Assembly (NCBI GenBank): GCA_965645245.1
Contig: OZ287073.1
Coordinates: forward strand, 992,001-1,056,000
DNA length: 64,000 bases
Reading direction: 5' to 3'
DNA from: Massalongia carnosa
Taxonomy: Eukaryota
Of this stretch, positions 25,177-39,466 are shown in pieces. Numbering within the stretch: the first letter of the stretch is position 1; every line of letters begins with the position of its first letter. A model generated the notes under the pieces. It worked only from the letters and a program-made list of their open reading frames with translations. It was not told the DNA's origin and searched no databases. The position numbers and the translations under genes were made by a program.

Positions 25177-26756
25177 TCATCCCCGTGACGCTAAAGTCAT
25201 GCGGACGAAATCGATATATGACTCCACAGCAGACCTTGCTCGATAAGCCCATTCCCGTGGCTCCAAGGCGCGTAGCTCGAGCTTAATGCGTGTGCGTAGG
25301 TCTTGGAGACTAGTGCTAGTTGATTCCTGCGAGAGCCCGGCAGGTTTGGGGGGGTTGTTGGATCGCATCATTACGGAGGAATAGCTATGGAAGGGCAGAT
25401 GTTAGAGTGGATTCATGGTTGGAAAGCGAACGTAAAATTATGTCCGGCAAGATGGATTTTGGAACTTTAAAATATTGTGGGTAAGAATTCATCAGACTTA
25501 CTAGAAAACGCTACCAATGGCAACAATCACGCCGAAGATACTCCGGTCTGCAACAACGCGCCCACTTGTGATCCAGCCGAGACCCACAATACAGCATGTT
25601 TTTACATGGCCGACCACGGTGCTGCTCACCGGGCCTGCCCCAACGATGATGAAGAATTGGGAGAGGTTGATCAAGGATGCAAAAAACCCACTCTATGAGA
25701 GAATTTAGCTTCGCGTGCTTTAGACTCAGGGGGTTAAACGAGCATACCAGAAGAATCATTGCCCATTTATGCCCCGGCACAATATCGAAAGCAGGGAACT
25801 TATCTGTCCATGGGATCACATATAACAGCATGACCCCACCGATAGGAGCCTGGTTGTAAAGAAGTTGAAATCCGTTAATGTCATACTTCCTCTGGTAATA
25901 TGAGATCCAAACCGTATAAACAGCGCTAGCGAATACACTGATTACTGCAACGGCAACAGTCACAAAGCCGACGCTGGCGACTTTGGATCCCGTACCAGGC
26001 TTTGGTTCATAGTATGTGATGATTCCGACGCCAATACACATCGGTATCAAGCTCAGTGTTGCGTTCCGAGGGATTGTTTTCCGGTAGAAGAGGAAATTTA
26101 GGAGCACCGTCGCCGGCGTAAGGAGGATGCGGGCAATCTGGTAAAAGGTGATGGTCGATATTGCAAGAGAAACGTTCATCAGAACGATGTTCAGGCACAT
26201 GGCGGAAGCAAGAGGGAGCATGGTTCGAATGCGAAGGTGCATGGGGACGAAGAGCCCGAAGAATGGCCGGGAGAGGACGTAGAGGGTGAAGGCCGTAACG
26301 AAGAAATGGAAGGCTGCAAAGGCACATTGACAATTTCGGAAGGCAGGGTCATCGAAGATGGCTTTGTTCACAAAAACCTGATGGACGGAAGGATGTAAGC
26401 ATTATGAAGGACCATCAAATATCCGCCTATGACACCCTCATTCTTCATGCGACAACTTCCAGATCCACTTCGGAGATCAAACTTACAATTCCAATTGTCG
26501 CCAGAGTGTTCACAACCATCCATATTGTCAACTTTATTCTATTGCTGCGGATTGCAACTTGAGCACTTGCACTTGGGGGTTCCGCACCACCTTCCTCGAT
26601 ATCCAGCTTGTGAAGCTTCACTTCGGGCTCCATATTATCCAATAGCGTACTTGTCGAGCTTCCACCGTCACTTCTTCCGTCCAACATTTCTCCTGGCTCT
26701 CTTTCCCGGTTGATCGGGCGCATATGCTTCTCAGGATCAATTCGCGGTGTTTCCAT
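25177..26756 (-). CDS. SLC35E3-like nucleotide-sugar / triose-phosphate transporter family protein
   Basis: WMVVNTLATIGIV|FVNKAIF, FYQIARILLTP, QLLYNQAP, LINLSQFFII..GPVSSTVVGHVKT; multiple hydrophobic segments; three introns. Confidence 0.88.
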
Positions 26757-27525
26757 AATCTTGGGTAATTGAAGAAATGGGTAGTGATCAAGAGTCGGTA
26801 GCAACCAAGAAACGAATGATTGAGTTTTTCAGAGATAAAACAGTCGAGTCCACGTCATGCACATGTCGAAAGGATTGAAGGGTGTGCTAACCTGCCGTTT
26901 TCTTCTTGAAGCTGAGACCTAAGGGGCCTCGATGAGGAGAAAAGGAGTTTGTTAAGGTCGTGAAGATTGAGTTGATTAGGTAACTAGATATCGCCATATT
27001 CGGCAAAGTCCGTTTATTTCTGGAAAATCAGGGGGACACTAACTAAATCTACTTTAAAGCATGTGAGGCTGACACAGTGGAGTCGCAAAGCACGGAGTAC
27101 TCTGTACAGAGTAATCGTGCTAAGCCACTTTCGGAATGGAAGGTAAGGGATGCCCTTCCATTCCGAAAGTGGTTTAGCACGATTACAGAACATGTCACGT
27201 CTTTACAAAGGGCTACTTGCAACCTTCCGCTTAAGAGAAAATGTACCTTAGGACATAAGGTTGATCGACACGGAGTAAGTACTTCGTATATGGTATAGAG
27301 TTCTCCGTAATCTACTCTATACGAAGTACTCAAGCGATTGCTATGGTGCATTAGTGTGCATAAGGCTGTCGTCCGTTTGATCCTCGTGATTAGGTACATG
27401 CCAAGCATTTTGTACGTCCTCGTGTGAATTTATTGGGCGCCCTACAGAGTATCTAGTCACTCATTGAACTTCAAAGCTTAAGTTACAATCATGCGGCGTC
27501 CGCGCTCATCAATTCTTCCAGGATT

Positions 27526-30500
27526 ATGGCCTTGAATTCCCGTCATGTTATCATTTCAGGAATTATAGCTTTTATCGCCTGGGGGCTTGCCACCTCGTGG
27601 GTTCCTGTTCTGCGATATCTCGGATATGCATTTATTGCCGGCGTGATTACTACAATCTTGGCTTTGGGAGCGTTAGTTCTGTTGAGCGTAAGGCCGATTC
27701 AAGATGCGAGCCCTCCGCTGCGTCGGTCCCCAAAAGTTGTTGCTTTTGTGCGACCCGAGTTATGGGCTAAGGACACAGCATGGCTCTATAACCAAGCTAC
27801 CACGAAACGAATAACCCTCTATCCTTCGTCTATGAAGATTTCCGAGAGCCTTGATAATCTATTGGACTGGCTCCTGCGAGATTTAATCACCTCGTGGTAC
27901 CGCAACATCTCTAGAAGCCCCAGTTTTGTCCGCGACATCGATCATGCTATCCGTACAGCCCTAATGGGGATCAGGGATAGAACATTGAACCTGGACGTCG
28001 TAGATGTTGCAGTCTCCAGGGTTGTGCCCCTTATCACAAGCCATTTGAAAGAGTTCTATGACGCTGAAAGGGCAATCAGAGGGAAGGACCTTAATCGAAA
28101 CGTAACAGAGTCAGAAGAGCTTGACCTTGCCATTGCAAGGAGGTATAAAGGTGGAAAACTTCATCCAGCGGCGTCTTTAGCTTACTCTGACATGAAGATT
28201 GTTCAGCAAGAATACTTGCGAAAGATCATGACAAGGCTCCTGCCAGAGTTGCTTCCAGAAAGCATGATCAGTAGCCGAGTGGTTTCTGTGTTCATTCAAG
28301 AGATTGTATCTTGTGCAGTTTTAGCTCCTATGATGCAACTACTTTCCGATCCAGATACGTGGAATCAGTTAATGGAAGCTTATGTACAGTTTGTGCCCTG
28401 CAGTCATTGTTTTTGCTAATGCTCTCAGGGTCGAACCATGCTTCAAGATCGTAAGACGGTGCGTAAACTTCGAGCTGCTCTCGATCAGCATGCATCTCCC
28501 GCTCCTAAAATGCCAAAACCGCATAGCTTTCCCAGATTGTCATCCAGTGACGACGAACGTAAATTTGAACGTTTTGTGAGGGCTATTCGTCAATGCCATA
28601 ACTTGTCCGAAGCCCGCAGATTCCGAAGCGAAGTTGCGAGTCAGTTGAAGCGCGAATCGATGATGGAAGGGCAAGACAAGACCTATCTGCGGCGCCTTGA
28701 GACGGGCAAGCATCTACTTGATGAACGGGTGGGCAAGCTTAGCGCCGTGGGAGGCACATCTGGTACTCGAACCAAACAGCCTGATTTTAAGAACGGATAC
28801 GACGTCTCCAGAAAAGGAAATGCATCTATGAGAGATATTCTTTATGACGCGTCAGGACTATCGTACTTCATGGAATACATGGATCGACAGCGTCTCATGA
28901 GTCTAGTTCAGTTCTGGATTGTTGTAGATGGGTTTCGAAATCCTTTGGAGGATGACTTTCTGACAAACGATAATTTTTCCACGTCCCGTTCAATGTGGAC
29001 CGATGCGGATAGAACGGACATTGCCCAGATTTATGAGTCGTATCTTTCTAAGCCCGAGCTTGCTATATCTGAAGAAACTCGGGATATGATCCGAGTCTTC
29101 CTCAAAGCGGGGCAAAGTGCCACCATGTCACAGTATCGTCAGGCTCGTAGCGCTGTACTTATGGCACAATCGATTACTCTAAACCAGATGCAGGAGAAAC
29201 ATTACCCAGGCTTCAAAAAATCCGACTTATACTATAAGTACTTAACTGCTGACGACGCTTCAGCAAGGCGAATCAACAAAGCCCAATCAAAATCCTTAAA
29301 AACACCTTCCGTCGAGTCAATCCCTGAATCTCCTTCTAAGCCCCCTGCAATGTCTCGCATGACTTCGGGCTTGAATGGGAACAGCAGGGATCTGAAAAGG
29401 AGCGCATGTTCGAACAGCGATCTCAAATCTTCACTAAAGGCTTTCGAGGCACATACCGCGCAGCCACGTCGATCGCTAGAAGTTAATATATCTGGTTCTC
29501 TGTTTGAGGATGATATTGACAATGAAGCCCTTTCAAGGTCTGCACATAGTATTGACAACGAATCCTTGAACGGTGAGCAAGGAGACGGCAATCAAGAACA
29601 AATGGTCGAGGCGATGGAAGCAGCATTGAATGATATCGTGACTGGTGAGACGAAAGATGACGAATCAGCAAACGCCTTACTTGAATCTGCTGAGCCTAGC
29701 TTCTTGTCTTCACAAAGTATCGAATCACCTCAAAATCGGGGCGACATGCTAAGAGTGGAGAGTCCTATAAATGACAGGGGACGAGTACGGCCAAATCTTG
29801 CTTCTTTAGGTCTCGTCAATACCTCATCCCGTATTGGCGTTTTTACGGACAACGATCTTTTTGGTGACGAGGAAAGATTCATCGAAGATGAACATGCCGA
29901 TCCTGAAGGATTATCGGATGAGAAAGAGCTCAATGACGAAATTCATGAAGCTGCTCCAGGCGATCTTGGATTAGCAGAAGCCATAACTGCATTGACGGTC
30001 GATATCGAGCGGCTTGCTTCACAGGAATCCGTCGTAGATACTTTGACGAGGAAAGCAGAGCTCACCAACAACCTTGCTGAGCTTCGCATTTTAGGAAAAT
30101 CAAAATCAAGCTTACAACGAGAAATCCGTCGCAAAGAGCTTCAAAGGCAGCAATATATTGTCCAAGAAAGCGACAACAGTCTTTACGGGCGTGCCAATAT
30201 AGAAATCAAGTCTATCATGGTTGGAAAGGAAGACGACGGGCAGGAATTCGCCTTATATGTCATTGAAGTACAGCGCAAAGCGGGCGAACACATGACTGCT
30301 GCCTCCTGGGCTGTAGCTCGGAGGTATAGTGAGTTCCACAATCTCCACCAACGTCTGCGAAGTATATATCCCGCTGTCCGGAATTTGGAATTCCCTCGCC
30401 GGCGGCTTGTGATGAAACTACAACGTGACTTTCTACATAGACGCCGCGTATCTCTTGAAAGCTACCTTCGAAAACTTCTTCAATTACCCGCGGTGTGCCG

Positions 30501-31296
30501 CAGCCGAGATCTCCGTGCGTTCTTATCTCAGCAAGCAATCATATCTACCACGGACATCGACCGTGATGGCGAACGTAGAGACATAGTTTCGCGTATCTAC
30601 AATTCTGTTGCCGACGGCATGGACGAATTTCTCGGCAACGTTCCTGTCCTTGACCAGCTCTCGCTTGCAGGCCAGAATCTTATTTCCGCCGCAACCAGCC
30701 AATTCAACACGCTGCCACCCCTTGGCGGAGGAGCCGCCATTTCTACAGAAGAAGACGATCACACGCTTCTCCACACGGCCGAAGCGCGTGCTGAGCTCCT
30801 TGCATACGAGAACCGCGACGTAGAGCCCTTCGTCAAACCCATCTGCGACCTTTTCCTTGAGACCTTTGAACTCAACCGTGCCAACAACTGGCTACGCGGC
30901 CGTGCCGTTGTTGTCGTCCTTCACCAGCTGCTCGGCGGCACTGTCGAGCGGAAGGTGCGCGATGCCGCGCAGGCACTAGCCGCCGAGGACGCCCTATTAA
31001 AGCATATCGCCCTACTCCAGGAAAGTCTATTCCCCAACGAAGGCCCTCTAAAGCGTGATGCGCCAATACGCACTGACGAGCAAAAGGGGCGCAGCCGACG
31101 AGAGGCCAGCGTTATGCTAGCAACACTAATCCCAGACCTTGCGGGCAACGTCGTGGGTAGAGCTAATGCGCAGGCGGCCAGCAGGCGAATACTGGCCACG
31201 ATCAACAACCAGCGGTTAATGACGCATTTTACATTTATGGTTCTGGATGAGCTAATTGCAATTTTATTTCCCAAGGGGGAGAGCTTGTGGCGTTGA
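27526..31296 (+). CDS. MDM1: PXA-RGS-PX-Nexin_C sorting nexin (Mdm1/SNX13 family)
   Basis: N-terminal TM pair, PXA (RDLITSWYRNIS..LSDPDTWNQ), RGS (GLSYFMEYMD..QFW), PX (ARRYSEFHNLH..RRVSLESYL), Nexin_C (NNWLRGRAVVV). One intron ~28384-28428. Confidence 0.92.
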
Positions 31297-33259
31297 GGAT
31301 ATCTAGGGGAGTCGAAGCACCCAGGATTAAGTTCAATTTCTTTAAAGTTGAGTATATCCTGCAAGGGTTTTAATTACATGTGTCCAACGAGATCCGAATT
31401 GCACGAATTGATGGCAACATGCTTCAAGCGTCACACGAATCTGTTCCCACGTTACCCTCGCGAAGTTGCCTTGCCTCTGTCCTTCTGACTCACCTCAAGC
31501 ACTAACTACGATCAATCACTCCAGAAGCTACTTATTAAAGCACATCAGTCAAGACTTCTCGGTCCTACTCATGGTGGCCGGAAGGTGTATGTGTGTTCTC
31601 ATCCCTGATCAGAAAGGACGAAAAAGTCGATCCCGGCTCTATAATTAGGACGCTAGCCAACGTTCGCCTGGCTATGGCCAAACAGACCCCCCGCTGTCTG
31701 ACCTAAGCTGCATGGCCCCAGACCGCCATCGTCGCCTAGATATTTAGGTAGCCCTTTGGCTGTTAGTTAGGGGGTCGAATGTGGGCCTTACAGGGTAAAG
31801 CGCAGTATGTAACAGACCAGATCAGAAGTGCAAATGCGGGACCATCCCTAGCTTTCTTTGTACTTGTTGCTGCCAGGTTAGGTCGCAGGACAAAGTTGGC
31901 ATCGCGGAAGGCTGACGATGTAGAGAACCTTAGCACCTCTCTTCTGTGCCAACTTGGCCACGTGTATCGAATTACAATAATACGAAAACGCGGAACTTTG
32001 ATGGCTATCATTTGCACTGCTCCCCCCCCAAAAATCACTATAAACCTTTCGCTATCTTTAGCACCGGTATCTATTCAACCAACTAAATGGTTTTCACTGG
32101 ACAGTTCTTTAAGAGTCCGCCTAGATGCTCCACTTCCATTATTCCATGTCTAATTTGCACGGTTTTCATTATTCACACAAGCCTACACTTATAGTAGTGC
32201 TGCAACAATTCCCACATAGCATCTGTCTTGCCTTCAATGGTTTAATTACGGGGATATTCACCGTTCGCGAACCTTCATAAATCTAAAATTCTCCCAGGAA
32301 ATGCATGCGAATCGCAGCTCTACCCTTGCTTCTGTTTCTCGCCCCCGGTCCCTTCCCCCTTTTTTTTGGCAGTAGCCAATTGTAGGCTCTAGATTGGCGT
32401 TCAGCCAAGATGGTCTGCTAGCATTGCTTACAGAACGACAGATAGAGCCTAGTCTTTCTAAAAGATACCCCTAAAGATGAAGACCTTTGATGAATGACTC
32501 GAGCCTGATGTAGGGATTAGGCCGATTTAAGTAGGGTGCATGTTCATCTACTTACTTTGTTGTTGTGAGACCGCTGCCGACTCTACACTCAGGCACAGTT
32601 TCACAGCAACATCCATATCTTCGTCCCTCGTTCCCTATTTTCATTTTCTAATAGAGCGTAAGCTCTGTCGGATAAGACGTTTCAATACGCCGAGTATAGA
32701 GTTTGTTGCCAGGACCCCCTGCTTCTTGCCGGCTTTTCACTGCTCAATAGGACTGTCCTCTCAACAGATGCTGCTGGACTCAGCGGGACAAGCCACGGGT
32801 TAATTGATGGAGTCCTTCAGGCAATATAATTGTTTTGAAGATTCCGTGAAACATGGAGCCGACTTGCTCAATGTGCTTAAGGGTAATTAGAAAAAAATTT
32901 GCCTGATGCACTTGATGCGGGTTCCCCTAACCCAAAGATATTAGCCTCACCACTGAATTTGAGAAAGTTTCGCCTAGCTGGTTCTCATTCGGTAAGCAAT
33001 ATCGTCATATTGAACAACCCTTTACAAAGTCCTTACATACAGCAAAACTGCTTGTTCCTTTCTCTTATCGCTCAAGGTTCACTTTTTTCTTCTTGTGAAG
33101 CTAATTCTTGAGTGATAATCGATCATGCTGCGATGGATTGAGACGGAAGCATATGCAGCTCATGAAGTATTGTGGAATCGTGGCTTCGGGTACTTCTTGT
33201 CCGATTCCATTGCCCAGACCCGCTTTCTACTAAATTGAGCTGCTTTGCGTACTTATACT

Positions 33260-33512
33260 TAATGAATATGATGCTTCACGTGTAGGTACATATAATAGCA
33301 TGATTGTCATTGAAGATAATTATCTATGCGGGCTATCTACCTGCTTTTATAGCAGTCATGCAGCAGTCACATAATAGTGATGCTATAGGCCTCCCATGGC
33401 TGCCTGTTAGGCACCTCTATAACTGCCCATTAGGCACCCGTGAAACTCACGATGGATGCCTATATTGATGGTAGCCTGACCATCTAACTGATGGTGGTCT
33501 CACCATCTAACA
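33260..33512. mobile_element. Solo LTR, same family as 57934-58255
   Basis: Shares TCACGTGTAGG...ATAATAGCATGATTGTCATTGAAG and the GATGGATGCC...CATCTAACA end with the copy at 57.9-58.3 kb. 5-bp TSD ATACT at 33255-33259 and 33513-33517. Confidence 0.8.
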
Positions 33513-36500
33513 ATACTTCTCTAGACGCCATCATCTTCAATCCAGAACAAAGCGCTGATGCCAACTTGACAGATTTCACCTTCACCTATAAACAACTCGA
33601 TAACTCGATCTAGTAAGAAAGATCGGGAGAATGTCCCAATCCGATCATGAGAAGATCTAGGTAGATGTGCCAGGGGCGAGGGGATCACGAAACAGGCGAG
33701 CTAGGGGGTTGGGGATGTGTAGATGTAGCGGATAGGCAGGTACTGCAGGAGAACTGTGTTGGCGTGAAATTAGTATCAACGAGGTATGGGAAATGCCTGC
33801 GAAAAGGATTCATGGATGGAAGGATGAGATCGAAGGGATAATAGTCATAAGTGACATAGGTATGTGTGTATAACAACCAGGTACCTAACTAGGCAAGTGC
33901 TAAGGTTAAAGCCCTTACTAACCTTCAAACTCCCTAGCGCTGACCTTGCACCTCGAGAAATTTCCAAAGCTCATCAATTGATGGGTCGTACGACGATGAA
34001 GGTAGTTTACCTACATGGGTTGCCTCTTTCGGTTTAGACCTCGACCACGACCGCCTACATATCATGGGGCATTTCTTCACCGATCGTAAATTTACAACTT
34101 TATGATGATTAGGTAGGTAGGTTAGACTTATAACTTCTTCATCAAGATACACCAGTCCACCTATATGTCTCTTTTACACCTAATTATCTTGTCATCGATC
34201 ATTCGTTCTCCACACCAACGCCATCGCTGAGGTAATCGTCTCGCGCCCTGGTCCTCGTTCTGATTTCGAAAGACGGTGCCGGCTTAAGCTGAGCCTTTCC
34301 TCACAAAGGGCCATTCATGCAAACAGTATGCTGTCTAGATAGTACCTTCATTGGTCTAGTAGATAGCCGAGCCCTGAACGCCAGCCCCGAGGCTCGAGCT
34401 CTAGGGCAGCGGCTTTCAGAAAGAGAGCAGCCAGAAGATACCTAAGCTTTGAGTTAAGTTTTCCCCTGGATCACAAAAGGCACTCAACTACAAGTATGTT
34501 AGACTAAACGTACTCCGCCTAGGCTAGCGAGATTAGGGGTGAGGGGACTTGGACACTTTATCAATATGTTTATACCATCTCAGGACCGGGCAACAGAGAT
34601 TGTGCAGATGGTATCCTCAATCGTAAGTCATTTCGTTGACGTCAAGGCAAGTTTTGAAACCCAAGCTTTTTCATGATGCTCACCTTGGATACTTACTAGT
34701 TTGTTTTTGCTGTTGCTGTTGCTGATGCTTGAGCCGTATATGCTCTTGAGCTCAATCCGTAAAATCAGTTTCCTTAGCTGAAAGCACTATCAGGCATTTA
34801 CAGGAATCAGTCTAATTACTAGCTTTTCCAATCCCATGGTCCTCCCCTCTATCAAACATCGGAGCTGACCCAGGTACCTTTTCCTCAAGCAAAGTATATA
34901 ACACAAAATTGGAGCAGCAACGACGGGTTTCAAATATCCCACATATGGGATGACAGAATATTCAGTCAACGCAGTCCGTAATAATCACCGTGCCCTGCTC
35001 TTGAATAATAGGTAGTCTGAGCTGTATAGCACGCACTGATCAGCTCCGCCATGTAACAAGTAGGTGAGGAAGGAGCGTGTCGTCGGCGAGAATATAGCGG
35101 TATCCAATACGTCTATAGCAGAGTTGGCATTCTCTAGAGATATAGCAGCGATGTTGTACAAAAAGGTTCAACAAAAGAACTGAGAGAAGATGATCAGAGA
35201 AAGAATCATGAATTCAAAATATGGGAGAGATTCGGCGGTTCGTCATCAAAATGATTAGCTAAGAAGAGCAAGGAAAGGCCACGAAAAGAGGAACAACTGA
35301 TAGCTGCACGTTTCATAAGAGCTTATCAACAGTGAAGATCTGCAGTTGTATGGCAAAGGATTTTAATACACAATACGATACGAGAGGAATAACACAACAA
35401 ACCAGTGATTGAGAGCATTGAGAAGCTCTGTTCTTAAGTAGTGGACATAGAATACGAATAATTCTGGCAAGTTTTATCGCGTATGACTAATCCAAGACAC
35501 AATTTAGTACAAGGTCAGATCTCGTAAAAAAATCCATGAGTATATTATAAAACATAGTGTACATTCTCAACGTGATACCAGCGTTCCGTGGACAGATGAA
35601 AACATAATTGCGGCTTCAAAGGCCAATAGAGGTTTGCGCAAGTCTTCGTCCATAGCCAAGCAAACTCTTGTTACGTTAAAAGGTGAGAAGCAGCAATTTG
35701 CGAAGACGCACAAAATCGTTCAACTGTTGAAGGATTAGTTAGAGACCTTTTTGAGCCGCCCTCACACGGCATGGTCTGCCGGATCAGCCCGCTGACGTCT
35801 TTAGCTGGGTTTTTCAGCAAAATCAAATAATTGGACCGCGACCTTGGCCCAAGAGTACTGCTAGTTGAGTTACGCTGAAACATCTAGAGAGAGATCGAAT
35901 GTGGCTTGGCTGAATGTCATCGAAGTCATATCTGATCAGTGTTGTCGTTAGAAAACGGTACCTATCACCCATGTATGTCATGCTGGAGCTTGTAAATACA
36001 CATACGCTAACCAAGATTAGTTGCTTTATACTTTCAACAGTTATTAATGATAGATGTACCACTTCAATAAACCACAATCGACGATGTCGTTGCGTTTGAA
36101 GAGTCCAGTCTTCTCTGCCATCAATCATCGATCGGTATTGGCGGACAAAACAGGATTTCTTTCCAACCATTTTTTGCCTTTTGCATGAATTGCTCTGAAA
36201 ATGCCTCTGGAACTCATTCCCTGTGAGCTCTCCATTCCTGACCACATTATGGCTGGAGCAGCCGAGTTTATCGTTTGATTTCCTGGTGAAGAAGTAGCGC
36301 CAAGACGTGTGTTCCTAGTTACTTTATTCGCTTATCCATTCGCTGGTAAGATGGACTCAAATACAGATGATAGGGATTTCGAGTATTTTCAGTCTCCGAG
36401 AGATACTTTATGTTTTGATTATTGTTGGTAGTATATGTTTTCGTACTAAAAGACCAAGCCAGTTTGCAGTTTTGGGTCCCCCCACTTTGTGAAGACCCCA

Positions 36501-39466
36501 GTCATGGTTTCCGCTGCTTGAATTGCTCGCTCGACTTTCATGATGGTCTTCTATTGCCCGATCCAGTTGTGCCACATTTATTCCTTCTTAAGCAGTCTAT
36601 ATCAAGAAGCTAGAGATGCTTGCTAGAAGGCTGTGCCCCGTTGATTGCGCGGGGTACTGTACAAATTACCCAAAACCTATAATACAAGCTCATGAATTAT
36701 CAAACCCTGGGCTTCTGTCCGACGCATGAGTAGATATGACAGGCTCGCAATTTAACCCGGCCCTTTCTGTCTCGAAATATCCTAGCAGCCATAAGTAGGA
36801 AATCAGTGCTGGGAAAGACGAAGAGGAACTGAATTCAATTTTTTACTACTTTTATTTTCTAGCCCCTTTGATGGCTCTTGCGGGTCTTTTAAAATCCTTT
36901 CAAGCTTTATTTGCTGTTCTGAGGGAGATAGAGAATGGTGGTTTCATGTAACCCACCCTCTCCCATAACTTCGCCTTCCAAATTATCTTCACCGAGAGGC
37001 CGTATTTCCAATCCCGTGAAGTATTTAAGATCCAACTGTTTATATCTTTTTACCTTCACTGCCAGCAAACTTTCCGTACGCCTTGCTCATAGCTATCCTT
37101 GATACATTGATATTCCTGGTCAAGTTCAGAACCCATCTTTTAATCGCAAGCCAATAAAAAAAACTCCTAATCAGAAGGCGCAATGGGTTGACCACCCTAG
37201 GTCTAGGAAAACACCAATATAATAAGAGAACTAGTTGATAAAGTCTAGCCGTACAGATCTACGTTAGGAGATTAGACTTGGCTTTACAAAATTTAAATTT
37301 GGCGACGCTATAAGGTCCTGAAAACATCGAAGGACGAATGCTTGAAATGTGGCATAGAAACTCAAATACTGTGGTCCTGAAGTACAAGTTCCTCGTCTCG
37401 CTATGAATAAACTCGCTTTAACAGACTCAGAGTAGCAGCGGGCACTCGGACTCCGGCCTGTATAAAAGGCTTTCTCCTCCGTATATTGCGGTAGCCATAT
37501 AGGTACTAATTTCGTATTGACAACCTAACAGGTGCACCTCTAATCCATGGGACTTACGGGGCTACGTTCTCTCTCCCTGGGAACTCTTCAAATTTCCGAA
37601 GCGGGATCATAGAGACAAAGAGGTGCAAATACCAACGGTTGAGTTCTTGAATGCCTCTGGTTACCAATAACATCGAGCATGTTCTAGTTTTCTCGTTTCC
37701 TTCAAAACATCAATGGGATTTTTATCTTTCCAGGGCATCCTGCATTTTCGAGTTCTTCTATCTGCATAAATTTCCACCACAATTGCCGAGCAGCCGCTGC
37801 AAGATTTCACAGAATCGAGCTTGACCAGCTTAACTCCCACCATCAAGTCAACCATGTAACCTCGCTTCTCCGTCTCATGAAATTTCAATCCGTCATGTTA
37901 GAACTAGATTGGTTTAGGAAGCATATCTCCAGGGAAGGTTCTAGGCCCACCGAATGGTAGCAACCTAGACCTTGACGATAATCAAATTCCGCTAACTAAA
38001 CCACCCCATACCCGAGGATTACCTCCAACTTGAAAAATTGCCTGCGAAACCACCCCAGAGAAGAGCACTAACGCTCAAGAACCGGTAATCTATCTACCCA
38101 TCACCCACGAAGAAAAATCCCACACCGATGACTCCCAAGATCTGTGCCACTCAGCTGAAGGGAAGGCTTCAAACGAAGGCAGCGGGGCCACTGTCCAACG
38201 AAACCAAGACAGAGAAAACCCACCAAGATGTATGGAAACGACAACCATCACCAATCCACGAGCATCATATCAACCAAAAAAGCCAAAAAAAAATGCAACC
38301 TACAACCAACCAGATCGCAAGCACAAAGGAGCCTGCCCACCGCATTAGCCCCCGGCGACTCGATCTCTCCAACCCATTCCCCGGTTCTCCAACGCGCCAG
38401 TGCACGGGACGGGACGTGACCAGCTCCAGCCCGTATTCGATAAAACGTCCATTTATGCTCCTGCTCCACCATGTCCCAGCTATTCCCTTTGGGGGAATGC
38501 CGGCGTATCCGCCTGCTCGAGCTGACGGCGACCTGTTTCACTTGGGGCCACTCCATGATCGGAAATCTTGCACGGACGATTTTTGGAAGAGGCATGGAGG
38601 TGTAGTAAAACTTACCCTTTGTCATAACTAGGTATGTAGGCAGTTCCGTCCAGATACTTCGCTTGTTTGGGAGGTAAGAGGGGGGTGGGGGGTGTGGGGT
38701 GTGATGGTTGAAAGGAAAGGAAATAGTGGGGAGTTGGCTGGTTGATGGTTTTTATATGCAGCTGGCTGGCTTTGCGCTTGTAAGTATGCGTGGGGTTTTT
38801 CGTTGGCATGCTGCAGAAAGGGGTGTCCGGGAGGGGGGGGAAGGGGTTAGAGAAGGGGACGCAGGGCCTATCGGAGAGGTTTGTTGGGGGGGGGTTTACA
38901 ATCTATGTTCTGGAGTAAGAAGTATGTTTTTGACAGGTTTCGGGATTTTTCTTGTTACTTCATCGCGGATGAGCCTTAATCCTGGAGGGAAACTGTCGAA
39001 TAGCACAAGCCGTATACATCCTCATCATCAACTCAAGAGTACACTCTTTATCTTAAAAAATCAGAGAATAGACGAAGTATCCATGCATGCATTCATCCAT
39101 ATGACTATAGGAGAATAAGCTAACACGGAACACGAAGGAAAAGCCACGAGTCAATCCCTTCTCGCCGGACAGGGAGACGTCAGAACCGGCCGTTATCGTT
39201 ATGACAATGAACTAGTGCTAGAACCAGAGAGAGGATTTTGTCCGATGCCAGCCCAATATCCTGTGACTCTTTCCGCGTGGAAAGAAAAGACAGACTAGAA
39301 GAGGCAGGACTCGTCGAGAAAGAAATTGGAAAGGAAATCATAAAAGCAAGACATCCCCTCTTCCTCCAGTCATCTTCCCACCCAACCTCAATACACGCAA
39401 GACTTCGCAAGCACAACTCTTTCAGGAACACGCACTCAAATCACACTTTTCTGGCCCAGCCAGTTC

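Noticed and set aside
37400..37890. Minus-strand peptide HLFVSMIPLRKFEEFPGRE, resembling the pre-P-loop motif of fungal NB-ARC proteins
   Set aside because: No recognisable Walker A motif follows in any frame; too weak without a profile search.
38128..39118. Overlapping 125-167 aa ORFs and G-run-rich sequence downstream of cpcA
   Set aside because: No recognisable domain or consistent exon chain; could be a decayed gene but I cannot support it.
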